From Octopus sinensis (lineage: Eukaryota), in assembly GCF_006345805.1 (NCBI RefSeq), contig NC_043022.1, positions 20,832,001-20,896,000 of the forward strand: 64,000 nt of DNA, in the 5' to 3' direction. A program made the translations under genes and the position numbers. A model generated the notes under the pieces. The model saw only the letters and a program-made list of their open reading frames with translations. It had not been told where the DNA came from and did no database searches. Shown piece by piece: positions 49,722 through 62,141 of the stretch (the first letter of the stretch is position 1; every line of letters begins with the position of its first letter).

Positions 49722-52244
49722 CAACAATCAAGGAACGGCCATAATAGGCCATTCACCCACTAGAAATAACAGCCAAAGCTTCAACCGCAAATAAAAGTCA
49801 ATTCCGTAAACAGGAGAAAATTTAAAAAACATTTACCCTGTAATTTCTTATACGATGCACCGTTTCATCTGCTGTTTAATGGTAAACTAACCTGATTAAA
49901 TTAAATCAAGCCAATCTTCCATAGGCCCTCAGATTCTTCTTTGCTGGTGGCAAAAAAATTCTACAAAATTTTTTTTTGCCACCCTATATTGATTAATTAT
50001 ATATATATATATAAATAATAAATATTAGGGAATAAATCCAAATTTACAGGGAAAAAAATCAGATTTAGGATTAAATCCAATTTTATAGTAAAATATTATA
50101 AAATATTATTAGAGACAAAACCACTATTTTGCAAAACAAACAAGGAAGACTTAATCAATACATAAAATTTTAATAAATAGTCTATTTATTTATTAAAATT
50201 TTATGTATTGATTAAGTCTTTCCTTGTTGTTTTGCAAAATAGTGGTTTTGTCTCTAATAATATTTTATATATATATATACACACACATATATACGACGGG
50301 CTTCTTTCAGTTTCATGAAATTAACATGCAAGTGGCTGAGGGCACCGCAGACATGTGTACTCTTCATGTAGTTAGTTCTCAGGGAGATTCAGCATGACAG
50401 TATGACAAGGCTGGCCTTTTGAAATACAGGTACTGCTCATTTTTACCTGTTGATTGGAGAAATGGAAAATGAAGTGTCTTGCTCAGCGACACCATGCGCT
50501 GCTGGGAATCGAACTCACGACTTTACAGGTTGTAAGCCAACTACCCTAACCACAAAGCTACACACCATCACAGGGCCAGATATACCTGGGAACATTGATG
50601 GCTAAGAGCTGGTTTCATACTCCTCAAAGCCCTGGAATCTGAACCATGGCTCACCCAAACACTGCCATTGTCCCTAAAAACAAAATAAATCCCACAGTGT
50701 CTTTTATTCCCTCAATCTCACACTGCTATCACTAATTCCATGTCTTCCATTAGTTCACCAAAGTGAAAAAAACCTACCAATTACTTCACTAAACTATTAG
50801 GTTCACCATTGACTGACATTTCTGTCGTTCATTTCATCTTTGAAGAGTTATTTCCCCTGAGATCCAACTACCGTTTTTTTTTTCTCTAAATTTGGGATCA
50901 AATTTCTTGGTTTCCGAGAATTATTGGCAAAACCTTTTTGGCAGAATTCTGGTAGAAATAGTCCATATACTCCCTTATAACTTTTTTTTATTAATTGTTT
51001 GAAATTTTCAGAATTTTTTTGCGAATTTGTGTTCTGCACATGGGAATCCATATGATTATGAAAAAAAATTTTATTTTTTGTGATTTAAGGGTGATTTAGC
51101 TGTTGTTTTTAGCACATCTCTTGGTCACCTGATACCTTCCTCGTTTCTTTATCGCTCTGACCTGCATTGATGTATTTGGATATTTTTCTTCCCATAAACA
51201 CATTCAAGGTCTGTTGCTTGTATTTAAGCAAAACGTCTATACAACTCTGATTTTTTTTTTTTAAATCGTAAAAGTAAAAATTTTAGGATTTATATAGGAG
51301 TAAAATGTTTTAGAATTTTTTCTTCTTTTTTTTATTGGTATATGAATTCTCATGTGTAGAACACAAATTCATCTTCAAGGGTTCTTTCTTCAAATCAAGC
51401 CTTGGACTTTTATTTAAAAGCCTCGAACTTATTTTATAGGTCCCTTTTGCTAAGTTACAGCACCTTAAACACACCAGCACTGGTTGTCAAATGGTGGAGG
51501 GCAAATAGATACGAGAACACAGACACACAAACACACATATGTATATAAACACGACAGGCATCTTTCAGTTTCTGTCTACCAAATCCACTCACAGGGCTTT
51601 GGTCGGCCCACGGCTATAGTAGAAGACATTTGCTCAAAGTGCCATGTAGTGGGACCGAACCTGGGACCATGTGGTTAGGAAGCAAGCTTCTTATTTCTTT
51701 ATTGCCCACAAGGGGCTAAACATAGAGGGGACAAACAAGAACAGACAAAGAGATTAAGTCGATTACATCGACCCCAGTGCGTAACTTGTACTTAATTTAT
51801 CGACCCCGAAAGGATGAAAGACAAAGTTGTCCTCAGCGGAATTTGAACTCAGAATTTAACAGCAGACTAAATCCCGCTAAGCATTTCACCCAGCATGCTA
51901 ACGTTTCTGCCAGCTTGCCGCCATCTCTCAGTTTCTGTCTACCAAATTCACTCATAGGTCTTTGGTCAGCCTGAGGCTATAGTAGTGCCATGTAGTAGGA
52001 CTGAACCTGGGACCATATGGTTAGGAAGCAAGCTTTCTTACCACACAGCTGGCCATTCAGTGTTTTAAAATATTTTGTATGTTTTGGAAGTTTAACCAAT
52101 TTATTATGCACAAATTTTAAGTACTAAAATCTTATATGGGTTGCGAAGGCCCATTATGGCTCCCGGTTGAGAACTGCTGTCTTAAATTGATTTGGTTTCT
52201 ATCACTGGTTAGCATGGCTGTATGGTTAAGAAGCTTGCTTTGCA

Positions 52245-52535
52245 ACAACCTTTTCAAACTCCACCTGTCTAACACCTGTAGACATGTTTACAAAGTCAGA
52301 AAACAGCACAGCTCCCATGACTTTCGGAAACATTTTTCCGTGCTAAGAGTTGCTGAAGCATGGAACAAACTACCGGCATCAGTTGTTAGTTGTCGGAGCA
52401 CTGCATCCTTCAAAACTTCCATGCTTCCTGAGATTTGCCAACACTACAACCTGATTTTCTCCCCTCCATACACACGCAAGCATGTTTCTGACTCATACAC
52501 TGTTCACTTTCCAGACATCTGTACATTACTGCATA
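52245..52535 (+). mobile_element. CR1-like LINE 3' fragment
   Basis: RKHFSVLRVAEAWNKLPASVV...FK is the typical ORF2 C-terminus. Confidence 0.75.
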
Positions 52536-53065
52536 TATATTCTTTTACTTGTTTCGGTCAGAGCTTAGTGGAGCTCTGGTGTGTATGATCTGATGGTTGG
52601 TCATGCTTGGGAATCCAGCAAGATAATCTAATGACACTTGCTTCTGATAGGACCCTGTGGAGGAGGTGTTTGAGGACTCTCCCTCCATGACCCTCCCACG
52701 AAAAGTGTGTAAAGAAGATGGATGTCTGATTAGAATGTCACGGAAGAATCACGGAATAGATTCTTTAAACCAAGCCAGCCAGCAAGAAACTTAGGGGTAG
52801 ACCAAGGACAAAATATTTGGATAATATCCATAATCTTAATTACTCTTTTACTTGTTTTAGTCATTTGACTGTGGCCATGCTGGAGCACCGCCTTTAGTCG
52901 AGCAAATCGACCCCAGGGCTTATTCTTTGTAAGCCTAGTACTTATTCTATCGGTCTCTTTACCGAACTGCTAAATTAAGGGGACGTAAACACACCAGCAT
53001 CGGTTGTCAAGCGATGTTGGGACAAACACAGACACACAAACATATACACACACACACAAACATAT

Positions 53066-53096
<31 letters not shown>

Positions 53097-53370
53097 AAAT
53101 ATTATTAGAGACAAAACCACTATTTTGCAAAACAAACAAGGAAAGACTTAATCAATACATAAAATTTTAATAAATAGTCAAAAAAACCGCCACCTCATAA
53201 AATTTTAATAAATAGTCAAAAAAACCGCCACTAAAATTTTAATAAATAGTCAAAAAAACCGCCAAATAGTGGTTTTGTCTCTAATAATATTTTATAATAT
53301 TTTACTATAAAATCGATTTAATCCTAAATCTGATTTTTTCCCTGTAAATTTGGATTTATTCCCTAATATT

Positions 53371-53421
<51 letters not shown>

Positions 53422-53574
53422 TACGATGGGCTTCTTTCAGTTTCCACTCACAAGGCTTTGGTCGGCCCGAGGCTATAGTAGAAGACACTTGCGCAAGGTG
53501 CCACGCAGTGGGAGTGAATCCGGAACCATGTGGTTTGTAAGCAAGCAACTTACCACACAGCCACTCCTACGCCT

Positions 53575-54110
53575 ATGTCAAACTTTCGGAACCCATCAAG
53601 AGATCCTTTGAAAAACCCCATATTAGTCACTTGCATTAGGGATCATACTCTTTCAGCCATTATCTAAGAAAGGATAGTCATGGAAACTGAACTGAAGATA
53701 GCAAGCCTGACCTTTTATCAACCTCCACAGATTGGGCTGCTACTTCTATGCATTGAAAGATCACAGGTCCTGAACTAGGAACTTGTGATTAGAATGTCGC
53801 AGAAAAAGACAGATTCTTCAGGCCAAGCCAACCGACAAAAGACCTAGGGGTAGACCAAGAATGAGATGTTAGGATAATATCTATAGTTCCCGTTGGTGAC
53901 ACTTGGAAATCCATCAAGTAGCATTACACCAGCGGTCCTTTGAAAGAACCCCTATTTCGGCCACTGGCGCCCTTTTGGTCATTACCTAACATTCATGACT
54001 ATAAGTGAAGGTAGGCATGGAAATTGAATTGAAGATAGCAAGTCTGGCCTTTTATCAGCCTCCACAGATTGAGCTGCTGTTTCTATGCATTGAGAAGTTA
54101 CAGTTCCAAT
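53575..54110 (+). mobile_element. Decayed RTE-like LINE ORF C-terminal fragments
   Basis: VIRM...KRPRGRPR...DNI pattern; related piece at ~52730-52830; internal duplication 53680-53757 / 54018-54095. Confidence 0.5.
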
Positions 54111-55384
54111 ACCACAGACACATGGGTAGGATCTTTTCTACTCTAGGCGCAGGCCTGAAATTTCGGGGGAGGAGACCAGTCGATTACATCGACCCTGTAT
54201 GCAACTGGTACTTAATTTATCGACCCCGAAATGATGAATGGTAAAGTCGACCTCGGCGGAATTTGAACACAGAACGTAAAGACAGACGAAATAATTATTT
54301 CTTTACTACCCACAAGGGGCTACACACACAGGGGGCAAACAAGGACAGACAAATGGATTAAGTCGATTACATCGACCCCAGTGCGTAACTGGTACTTAAT
54401 TAATCGACCCCGAAAGGATGAAAGGCAAAGTCGACCTCGGCAGAATTTGAATACAGAACGTAGCGGCAGACGAAATACCGCTAAGCATTTAGCCTGGTGT
54501 GCTAACGTTTCTACAAGCTTACCACCTTAGACATATGAGAAGAATGTACTTATTCTATCATTCACACTTGCCGAACCTCTAAGGTACAAAGAGGGTAAAC
54601 AAACTAACATCGGTTGTCATGAAGCGGTGGAGGACAAACGCAAATGCACACACACACACACGCACACTTATATAAACTGGATTCCTCACAGTTTCCGTCT
54701 ACCAAATTCTCTCACAAGGAATAGGTCGGCCCGAAGGATAGTTGAAGGCTGTTGCCCAACGTGCTGCGCGGTGAGACTGAATCTGAAACCACGGGAGTTG
54801 CTAAGCGAATGTCTTAAACACACAGCCATGCCAGCGCCCGTTTCGTGAATTAAATGGTAAAAAGAAATTGGAAAGAAAGATAGAAGTAGGTCACGGGAAT
54901 TGATATTTTTGAAAGTAGAAACAAAATCAAAGATGGGGAACATATTTACTTAGGTTATCAGCCGTTCTGATGCCAGTTTTTCATCACATTGTGATTATAA
55001 AACATTTCATACAGCTTTAGCGAACCAATTATTGACAAACACGAATGGACGCCTTGAAGCAAGATCACATCTCTTAAAACTACTCTCGATTCCCAAAAGA
55101 AACAAAACGAATTTACTGACATTGCAAAATACCTTTGCTAGACGTTATGAACATTACTTAATCGTATTCTTTTTTTCATATAACCTATCTTTTAAGAAGG
55201 AAATCATTTAAAATGTCGATTTAACAAATTAATAGAATTTCCTCTTATTTGTACATTAAGTGTCCACAGGGTCTTTTTTTGCTTTCTGTTTTCCCTTTTC
55301 TTTTCTTTTCAACAACCAGTCAGTCGGTTTGTTGGTTGTCATTATTTTCTTACAATTAAAGGCGGTGAGCTGGCATACGGACAA

Positions 55385-55798
55385 GGACAGCTATGTAAAG
55401 TAGTGCTGGTCTCTAACTGTGGAGGGAACCTGTGGAAGAAGTAGACCCAGGAAGACATGGGGCGAGATGGTTAAGCATGATCTTCAAATGTTGGGTCTCA
55501 TGGAGGTGATGACAAGTGACCGAGTCTCTTGGCGATATGCTGTGCTTGAGAAGACTCGTCGAGCTGAGTGAAATCGTTGTCGTGGCCGTTGCCAGTTTCA
55601 TAGAAATAGCACCCGTGCCAGTGGCACATAAAATAACCACCCAGTACAGAGTGGTTGGTGTTAGGAAGGGTATCCAGCTGTAGAAACCAAGCCAAAATCA
55701 AACTGGAACGTGGTGCAGCCCCAAGGCTTACCAGTTTCAAACAAACCATCTAACACACACCAGTATGAAAACGGACATTAAATGATGATGATGATGAT
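55385..55798 (+). mobile_element. RTE-like LINE 3' end
   Basis: Encodes RPRKTWGEMVKHDLQMLGLMEVMTSDRVSWRYAV (RTE ORF C-terminus), then the shared 3' UTR and (GAT)n tail. Confidence 0.7.
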
Positions 55799-55805
55799 TA
55801 ACGCT

Positions 55806-55845
<40 letters not shown>

Positions 55846-55892
55846 GCGATTTTCTTTCTCCGTCTTCCCTTCCTTGGACCTTTCCTTCTTCT

Positions 55893-55927
55893 GTTTCTGA
55901 CGAAGAGCTCTGCTCGAAACGTTAAAT
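55893..55927 (+). ncRNA. Ultra-minimal hammerhead-like motif in a ~190-bp repeated element
   Basis: GUUU CUGACGA a GAGC-ucu-GCUC GAAAC GU U AAAU; mutated copies at ~6728, ~31981, ~32320. Confidence 0.5.
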
Positions 55928-56488
55928 CCTCCTTTGTTTCCTTTCCTGAGCGTCCAATAACACTGTGCTTGTTCCACGTCCTCACATTGTTGCATTTTCT
56001 CTTTGTGTTTTCATGCTTGGATTAACTTTATATATATATATATATTGTTTATTCCTTCTCGAGCCATACTTGGCTCACTAGGGCCGGTTTCCCAGTTTCC
56101 TTGGCGTATAGGTTCCCCACCTGGACGGGACGCCAGTCCGTCGCAGGTGAGCTGCAAGAAGCAGGAGGAAAGAGTGAGTTGTGGTGAAAGAGTCAGCAGA
56201 AGCTTGCCATTACCTTCTGCCGGAGCCGCGTGGAGCTTAGGTGTTTCGCTCATAAACACACAAATCGCCCGGTCTGAGATTCAAACCCGTGATCCCTCGA
56301 CCGTGAGCCCGCTGCTGTAACCACTTGGCCATGTGCCTCCACACACACACACACACACATATATATTAACGTGTATATATATATATATATCTCCACACAC
56401 ACACACACACACACATATATTAACGTGTATATATATATATCTCCACACACACACTCATATATATTATATATATTATATATATATGTAT

Positions 56489-59424
56489 ATAATTTCAACA
56501 ATTGAGGGCAAAATTAATTAATTATTAATCAATTTCACCAAGTGTTCAGTATGCAAAGGGACCATTCAGGCGAATTCAAATTATTACATTATATAAAAGG
56601 GCTTAGTAAAAATTACTTTGCCGCATACTGAACTCATTAGAAATAGCAGCTAAAAAACTTTTTTAAAGCTATTTCTAATACTTAAAGAAAATCTCTCTCA
56701 TATATAGTGTTTGCTTAATTCAACTCACAAAAGTTTGGGGGTAAGGACATCGAAAAATCAAATGCTAAGGTTATTCGAGAACGTACGTTTCAAGATTAGT
56801 CAAAACAACACTTCTATCATCAGCTCAGAAATTCCTTGGTTTGGATTTGGAAACACTGAAAATAAGAACATACCCTTTCGAAGATCTGCTCCCAACTAAC
56901 AGTGCCAACAAATTCAAATAAGCAAGCGAAGAATCTCTGTTCTCCCCTTTCCACCAGCGTGGGTTAAAATCATCAAACACTATGCTTATTTCGGTAAAAT
57001 CCGAAGCATTAATCAGAGGGAGATTAATTATAATTTCAACAATTGAGGGCAAAATTAATTAATTATTAATCAATTTCACCAAGTGTTCAGTATGCAAAGG
57101 ACCATTCAAGGCGAATTCAAATTATTACATTATATAAAAGGGCTTAGTAAAATAAATTACTTTGCCGCATACTGAACTCATTAGAAATAGCAGCTAAAAA
57201 ACTTTTTTAAAGCTATTTCTAATACTTAAAGAAAATCTCTCTCATATATAGTGTTTGCTTAATTCAACTCACAAAAGTTTGGGGGTAAGGACATCGAAAA
57301 ATCAAATGCTAAGGTTATTCGAGAACGTACGTTTCAAGATTAGTCAAAACAACACTTCTATCATCAGCTCAGAAATTCCTTGGTTTGGATTTGGAAACAC
57401 TGAAAATAAGAACATACCCTTCGAAGATCTGCTCCCAACTAACAGTGCCAACAAATTCAAATAAGCAAGCGAAGAATCTCTGTTCTCCCCTTTCCACCAG
57501 CGTGGGTTAAAATCATCAAACACTATGCTTATTTTGGTAAAATCCGAAGCATTAATCAGAGGGAGATTAATTATAATTTCAACAATTGAGGGCAAAATTA
57601 TTAATTATTAATCAATTTCACCAAGTGTTCAGTATGCAAAGGGACCATTCAAGGCGAATTCAAATTATTACATTATATAAAAGGGCTTAGTAAAATAAAT
57701 TACTTTGCCGCATACTGAACTCATTAGAAATAGCAGCTAAAAAACTTTTTTAAAGCTATTTCTAATACTTAAAGAAAATCTCTCTCATATATAGTGTTTG
57801 CTTAATTCAACTCAAAAGTTTGGGGGTAAGGACATCGAAAAATCAAATGCTAAGGTTATTCGAGAACGTACGTTTCAAGATTAGTCAAAACAACACTTCT
57901 ATCATCAGCTCAGAAATTCCTTGGTTTGGATTTGGAAACACTGAAAAAAAACATACCCTTTCGAAGATCTGCTCCCAACTAACAGTGCCAACAAATTCAA
58001 ATAAGCAAGCGAAGAATCTCTGTTCTCCCCTTTCCACCAGCGTGGGTTAAAATCATCAAACACTATGCTTATTTCGGTAAAATCCGAAGCATTAATCAGA
58101 GGGAGATTAATTATAATTTTCAATTGAGGGCAAAATTAATTAATTATTAATCAATTTCACCAAGTGTTCAGTATGCAAAGGGACCATTCAAGGCGAATTC
58201 AAATTATTACATTATATAAAAGGGCTTAGTAAAATAAATTACTTTGCCGCATACTGAACTCATTAGAGTTTTAGCTGCTATTTCTAATGAGTTCAGTATG
58301 CGGCAAAGTAATTTATTTTACTAAGCCCTTTTTATAATGTAATAATTTGAATTCGCCTTGAATGGTCCCTTTGCATACTGAACACTTGGTGAAATTGATT
58401 AATAATTAATTAATTTTGCCCTCAATTGTTGAAATTATAATTAATCTCCCTCTGATTAATGCTTCGGATTTTACCGAAATAAGCATAGTGTTTGATGATT
58501 TTAACCCACGCTGGTGGAAAGGGGAGAACAGAGATTCTTCGCTTGCTTATTTGAATTGTTGGCACTGTTAGTTGGGAGCAGATCTTCGAAAGGGTATGTT
58601 CTTATTTTCAGTGTTTCCAAATCCAAACCAAGGAATTTCTGAGCTGATGATAGAAGTGTTGTTTTGACTAATCTTGAAACGTACGTTCTCGAATAACCTT
58701 AGCATTTGATTTTTCGATGTCCTTACCCCCAAACTTTTGTGAGTTGAATTAAGCAAACACTATATATGAGAGAGATTTTCTTTAAGTATTAGAAATAGCT
58801 TTAAAAAAGTTTTTTAGCTGCTATTTCTAATGAGTTCAGTATGCGGCAAAGTAATTTATTTTACTAAGCCCTTTTATATAATGTAATAATTTGAATTCGC
58901 CTTGAATGGTCCCTTTGCATACTGAACACTTGGTGAAATTGATTAATAATTAATTAATTTTGCCCTCAATTGTTGAAATTATAATTAATCTCCCTTTGAT
59001 TAATGCTTCGGATTTTACCGAAATAAGCATAGTGTTTGATGATTTTAACCCACGCTGGTGGAAAGGGGAGAACAGAGATTCTTCGCTTGCTTATTTGAAT
59101 TTGTTGGCACTGTTAGTTGGGAGCAGATCTTCGAAAGGGTATGTTCTTATTTTCAGTGTTTCCAAATCCAAACCAGGATTTCTGAGCTGATGATAGAAGT
59201 GTTGTTTTGACTAATCTTGAAACGTACGTTCTCGAATAACCTTAGCATTTGATTTTTCGATGTCCTTACCCCCAAACTTTTGTGAGTTGAATTAAGCAAA
59301 CACTATATATGAGAGAGATTTTCTTTAAGTATTAGAAATAGCTTTAAAAAAGTTTTTTAGCTGCTATTTCTAATGAGTTCAGTATGCGGCAAAGTAATTT
59401 ATTTTACTAAGCCCTTTTATATAA
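56489..59424. repeat. Tandem array of ~544-bp unit, ~3.3 copies then ~2.1 inverted copies, each full unit with a hammerhead motif
   Basis: Near-identical units (HHR starts 56774, 57318, 57859); orientation flips at ~58267; flanked by (TA)n. Confidence 0.95.
58637..58693 (+). ncRNA. Minimal type I hammerhead ribozyme motif (also 59180-59236 +; 56774-56830, 57318-57374, 57859-57915 on -)
   Basis: UUCuGAG CUGAUGA [uAGA.AGU...ACU..UCUu] GAAAC GUAC GU U CUCGAA; intact core, palindromic stem III ACGUACGU. Confidence 0.65.
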
Positions 59425-59549
59425 TATATATGTATATATATATATTAACGTTAGTATCTGCGTAAATGTAACTTTCTATCACACACTGATTTTTACTATA
59501 TATTTCACAATGTTTCAATTATTGCAAAATATGTAAAAAAAAAAAAGAT

Positions 59550-59825
59550 GTGTGTTACAGTCACACGTCCTTGTTACGGATGGAACTAACGGCCAGCGTG
59601 CAGAGATTCCTGATATAGGGAAGCCATTTCTGCAATAAACATTTCCGTAGGGAAGGTCTTGAGTGGACCAGATGTGTGTAAAGCCCTTCCTTACACATGG
59701 CTTTGCGGATAGCAGCTGTTGTATTGTCACTGATGTGTAGTAACTTTAGGAAACAAGTGTTTGGAGAGTTCTTCCGTTTTGACGGGTTTGTGCGCCGTAT
59801 TGGCGACTGATAGCGCAAGCTGGGT
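59550..59825 (-). pseudogene. Decayed Penelope-like element ORF fragment (linker between RT and GIY-YIG)
   Basis: FLKLLHISDNTTAAIRKAMCKEGLYTHLVHSRPSLRKCL...C resembles the LPYIS...IRR...GL...SLR..L..C linker of Penelope-like ORFs; recognised by eye only. Confidence 0.4.
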
Positions 59826-60669
59826 ATCCGTTGACTTTTGTAACCTTTTTAAGCTCGTGTTGTTTGTGTGGCCATGTCTGGTTTCGTTGAATATGTGAGA
59901 ATTCAGCTTTTATGTATTCAACAGTTTAAAACTGACAGATATTTTCCGGCGACTTTCTTCTTTTCTTATTTTATTCGGCCCTGCTGGAGCACTGCTCTGA
60001 ACGGTTTTTAATCGAACAAATCTACCCAGGACTTCATTTTTGAAGCTGAGTTCTTTTGCTGAACCGTTATGTAACGGGGATGTGAACACATCAACGCCAG
60101 TTGTCAAGCAGTGGCGAGGGGACAAACACACATGTATACGACGGTCTTTGAGTTTCCATCTGCCAAATCCACTCACAAACTGAGTGGATTTGGCAGTGCC
60201 AGTTTCTTATTTCTTTACTACCCACAAGGGACTAAACACAGAGAGAACAAACAAGGACAGACAAACGGATTAAGTCGATTATATCGACCCCAGTGCAGAA
60301 CTGGTACTTATTTAATCGACCTCGAAAGGATGGAAGGCAAAGTTGACCTTGGCTGTATTTGAACTCAGAATGTAGCGGAAGACGAAATACTGCTAAGCAT
60401 TTCGTCCAGCGTGCTAACGTTTCTGCCAGCTCGCCTCCTTTTAGTTTCTGTCTACCAAATCCACTCACAAGGGTTTGGTTGGTCCTCAGCTATAGCAGAA
60501 AACACCTGCTGAAGGTGCCATGCAGTGGGACTGAACCAGTAACCTTGTGGTAAAGAAGCGAACTTCTTACCACACAGCCCCGCTTGAGCCTATTTCAGAT
60601 TCCTCAACCAAACTAAGTAACCAACATATGGCTTACCCATGTCATTTTGTCAGACACACTTGAAACGTC

Positions 60670-61335
60670 GGCGCTCAACCCTCAACGCTTCACAACCGCC
60701 ACTGTACACTCTGTACTCTACGCTTGTCACTCAACACTCTACGCTCAAAGCTCTATACTCAAAACTCAATGCTCTACGCTCCACGCTCTACGTTCCACGC
60801 TCTACGCACCACGCTCTATGTTCCACGCTCAACATTCTACGTTCAACGCTATGCTCAACATTCAACGCTTTACGCTCCGCGTTCTACGCCCCACACTCTA
60901 CACTCTATGTTCAGCGTTCAATGCTCTACACTCAACGCCCTTCGCTCAGCGATCTACGCTCGACGCTCAACCCACCTCGCTCAACGCCCCTCGTTCACCA
61001 CCCCTCGCTCATCGCCCCTCGCTCAATGCCCATTGCTCAACGCTTTACGCTCTACGGGCAACGCTCTACACCAGTGGTTTTCAACCAGGGTTCCACCAGT
61101 ACAGTCCAGGGGTTCTGCAAGAAGTTACAAAACTGCTAAAATCGGCAGTAATTTTTAATTCTCCTGTGCAGATATGTGTGCATAAGACTATTAAATTATT
61201 GCACAGGGGTTCCCCGAGCCAGTGGAATGTTTCCTTGGGGTTCCGCTCCAGCAAAAAGTTTGAAAAGGACTGCTCTACACTCTACACTCGACGCCCTCTA
61301 CGCTCAACGCTCTAGTCTTTACGCTCAGCACGCTC
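60670..61335. repeat. Degenerate 7-bp (ACGCTCW)n satellite interrupted by the hAT MITE
   Basis: ACGCTCT/ACGCTCA units on both sides of the MITE. Confidence 0.9.
61072..61272. mobile_element. hAT (Charlie-type) MITE, 201 bp
   Basis: TIRs CAGTGGTTTTCAA / TTGAAAAGGACTG; perfect 8-bp TSD CTCTACAC. Confidence 0.88.
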
Positions 61336-62011
61336 CTGCTGTACCTTCTTCACCAGATATGTGGATGAGATACTCAACCTCACATTTTACAGTACTTAGT
61401 GGAAGTTTGTTCAGATTATGCTTCCCACCAAAGTACATTGTTTGCCATGGTATCCACTTAGATGGGCTGGGCTGTTTTTGAATAAAGTGCTTTTACAATT
61501 GAACAAGCATAGTGACGATGACAGGAAACCCGACGAGCGATCTCTCATTTTACCGACCATCCTACCCTCTCGGTTGCCTGTGCTCAAATGTCGTATACAC
61601 CCAGTATATTGTTCAAAATTGAAGAGAATTTGTGCTCCGACTAGAGTAAGGTAGCCATATTGTTTAAATATGTAACCGCGACGGGAAAGGATTTCAGTCT
61701 ATGCACGCATACAAATACACACACACGCAAAGAAACGCATACCCATATGCACACACTCATACACGCGTACAATAAAAACACACACACACACACACACATG
61801 CATATTCAAACACAATTAAACACACACACTCAAAAACACGTACTCAAACACATACACACAAAGACATACACTCACACACGCACTCAAACATACACGCATG
61901 AACTCACACAAATACACACACACACAAAATGAAGCACACTCAAACACATACGCATGCGCACACACACACTGCGGCCATGCTGGGGCACCTTGAAGTAAAA
62001 GAATAAAGAGA

Positions 62012-62047
<36 letters not shown>

Positions 62048-62078
62048 AAATTAATATGTAACAATTATTCAATAGCCA

Positions 62079-62141
62079 AGATAAAACTCTGAGTTTCGGA
62101 TGCCAAAGTGGAAATCCACAACACCATCTCTTCGGTTATCT
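62079..62141 (-). ncRNA. Hammerhead-like motif with one core change (CCGAAGA)
   Basis: AGAUAA CCGAAGA GAUG...CAUCc GAAAC UCAGA GU U UUAUCU; between (TA)n tracts. Confidence 0.5.

Noticed and set aside
56711-59190. Repeated 62-83 aa ORFs in the 544-bp unit
   Set aside because: Non-ATG starts, frameshifts between copies, no recognisable domain.
60639-61315. Three overlapping long ORFs
   Set aside because: Products of a stop-free 7-bp satellite plus a MITE.
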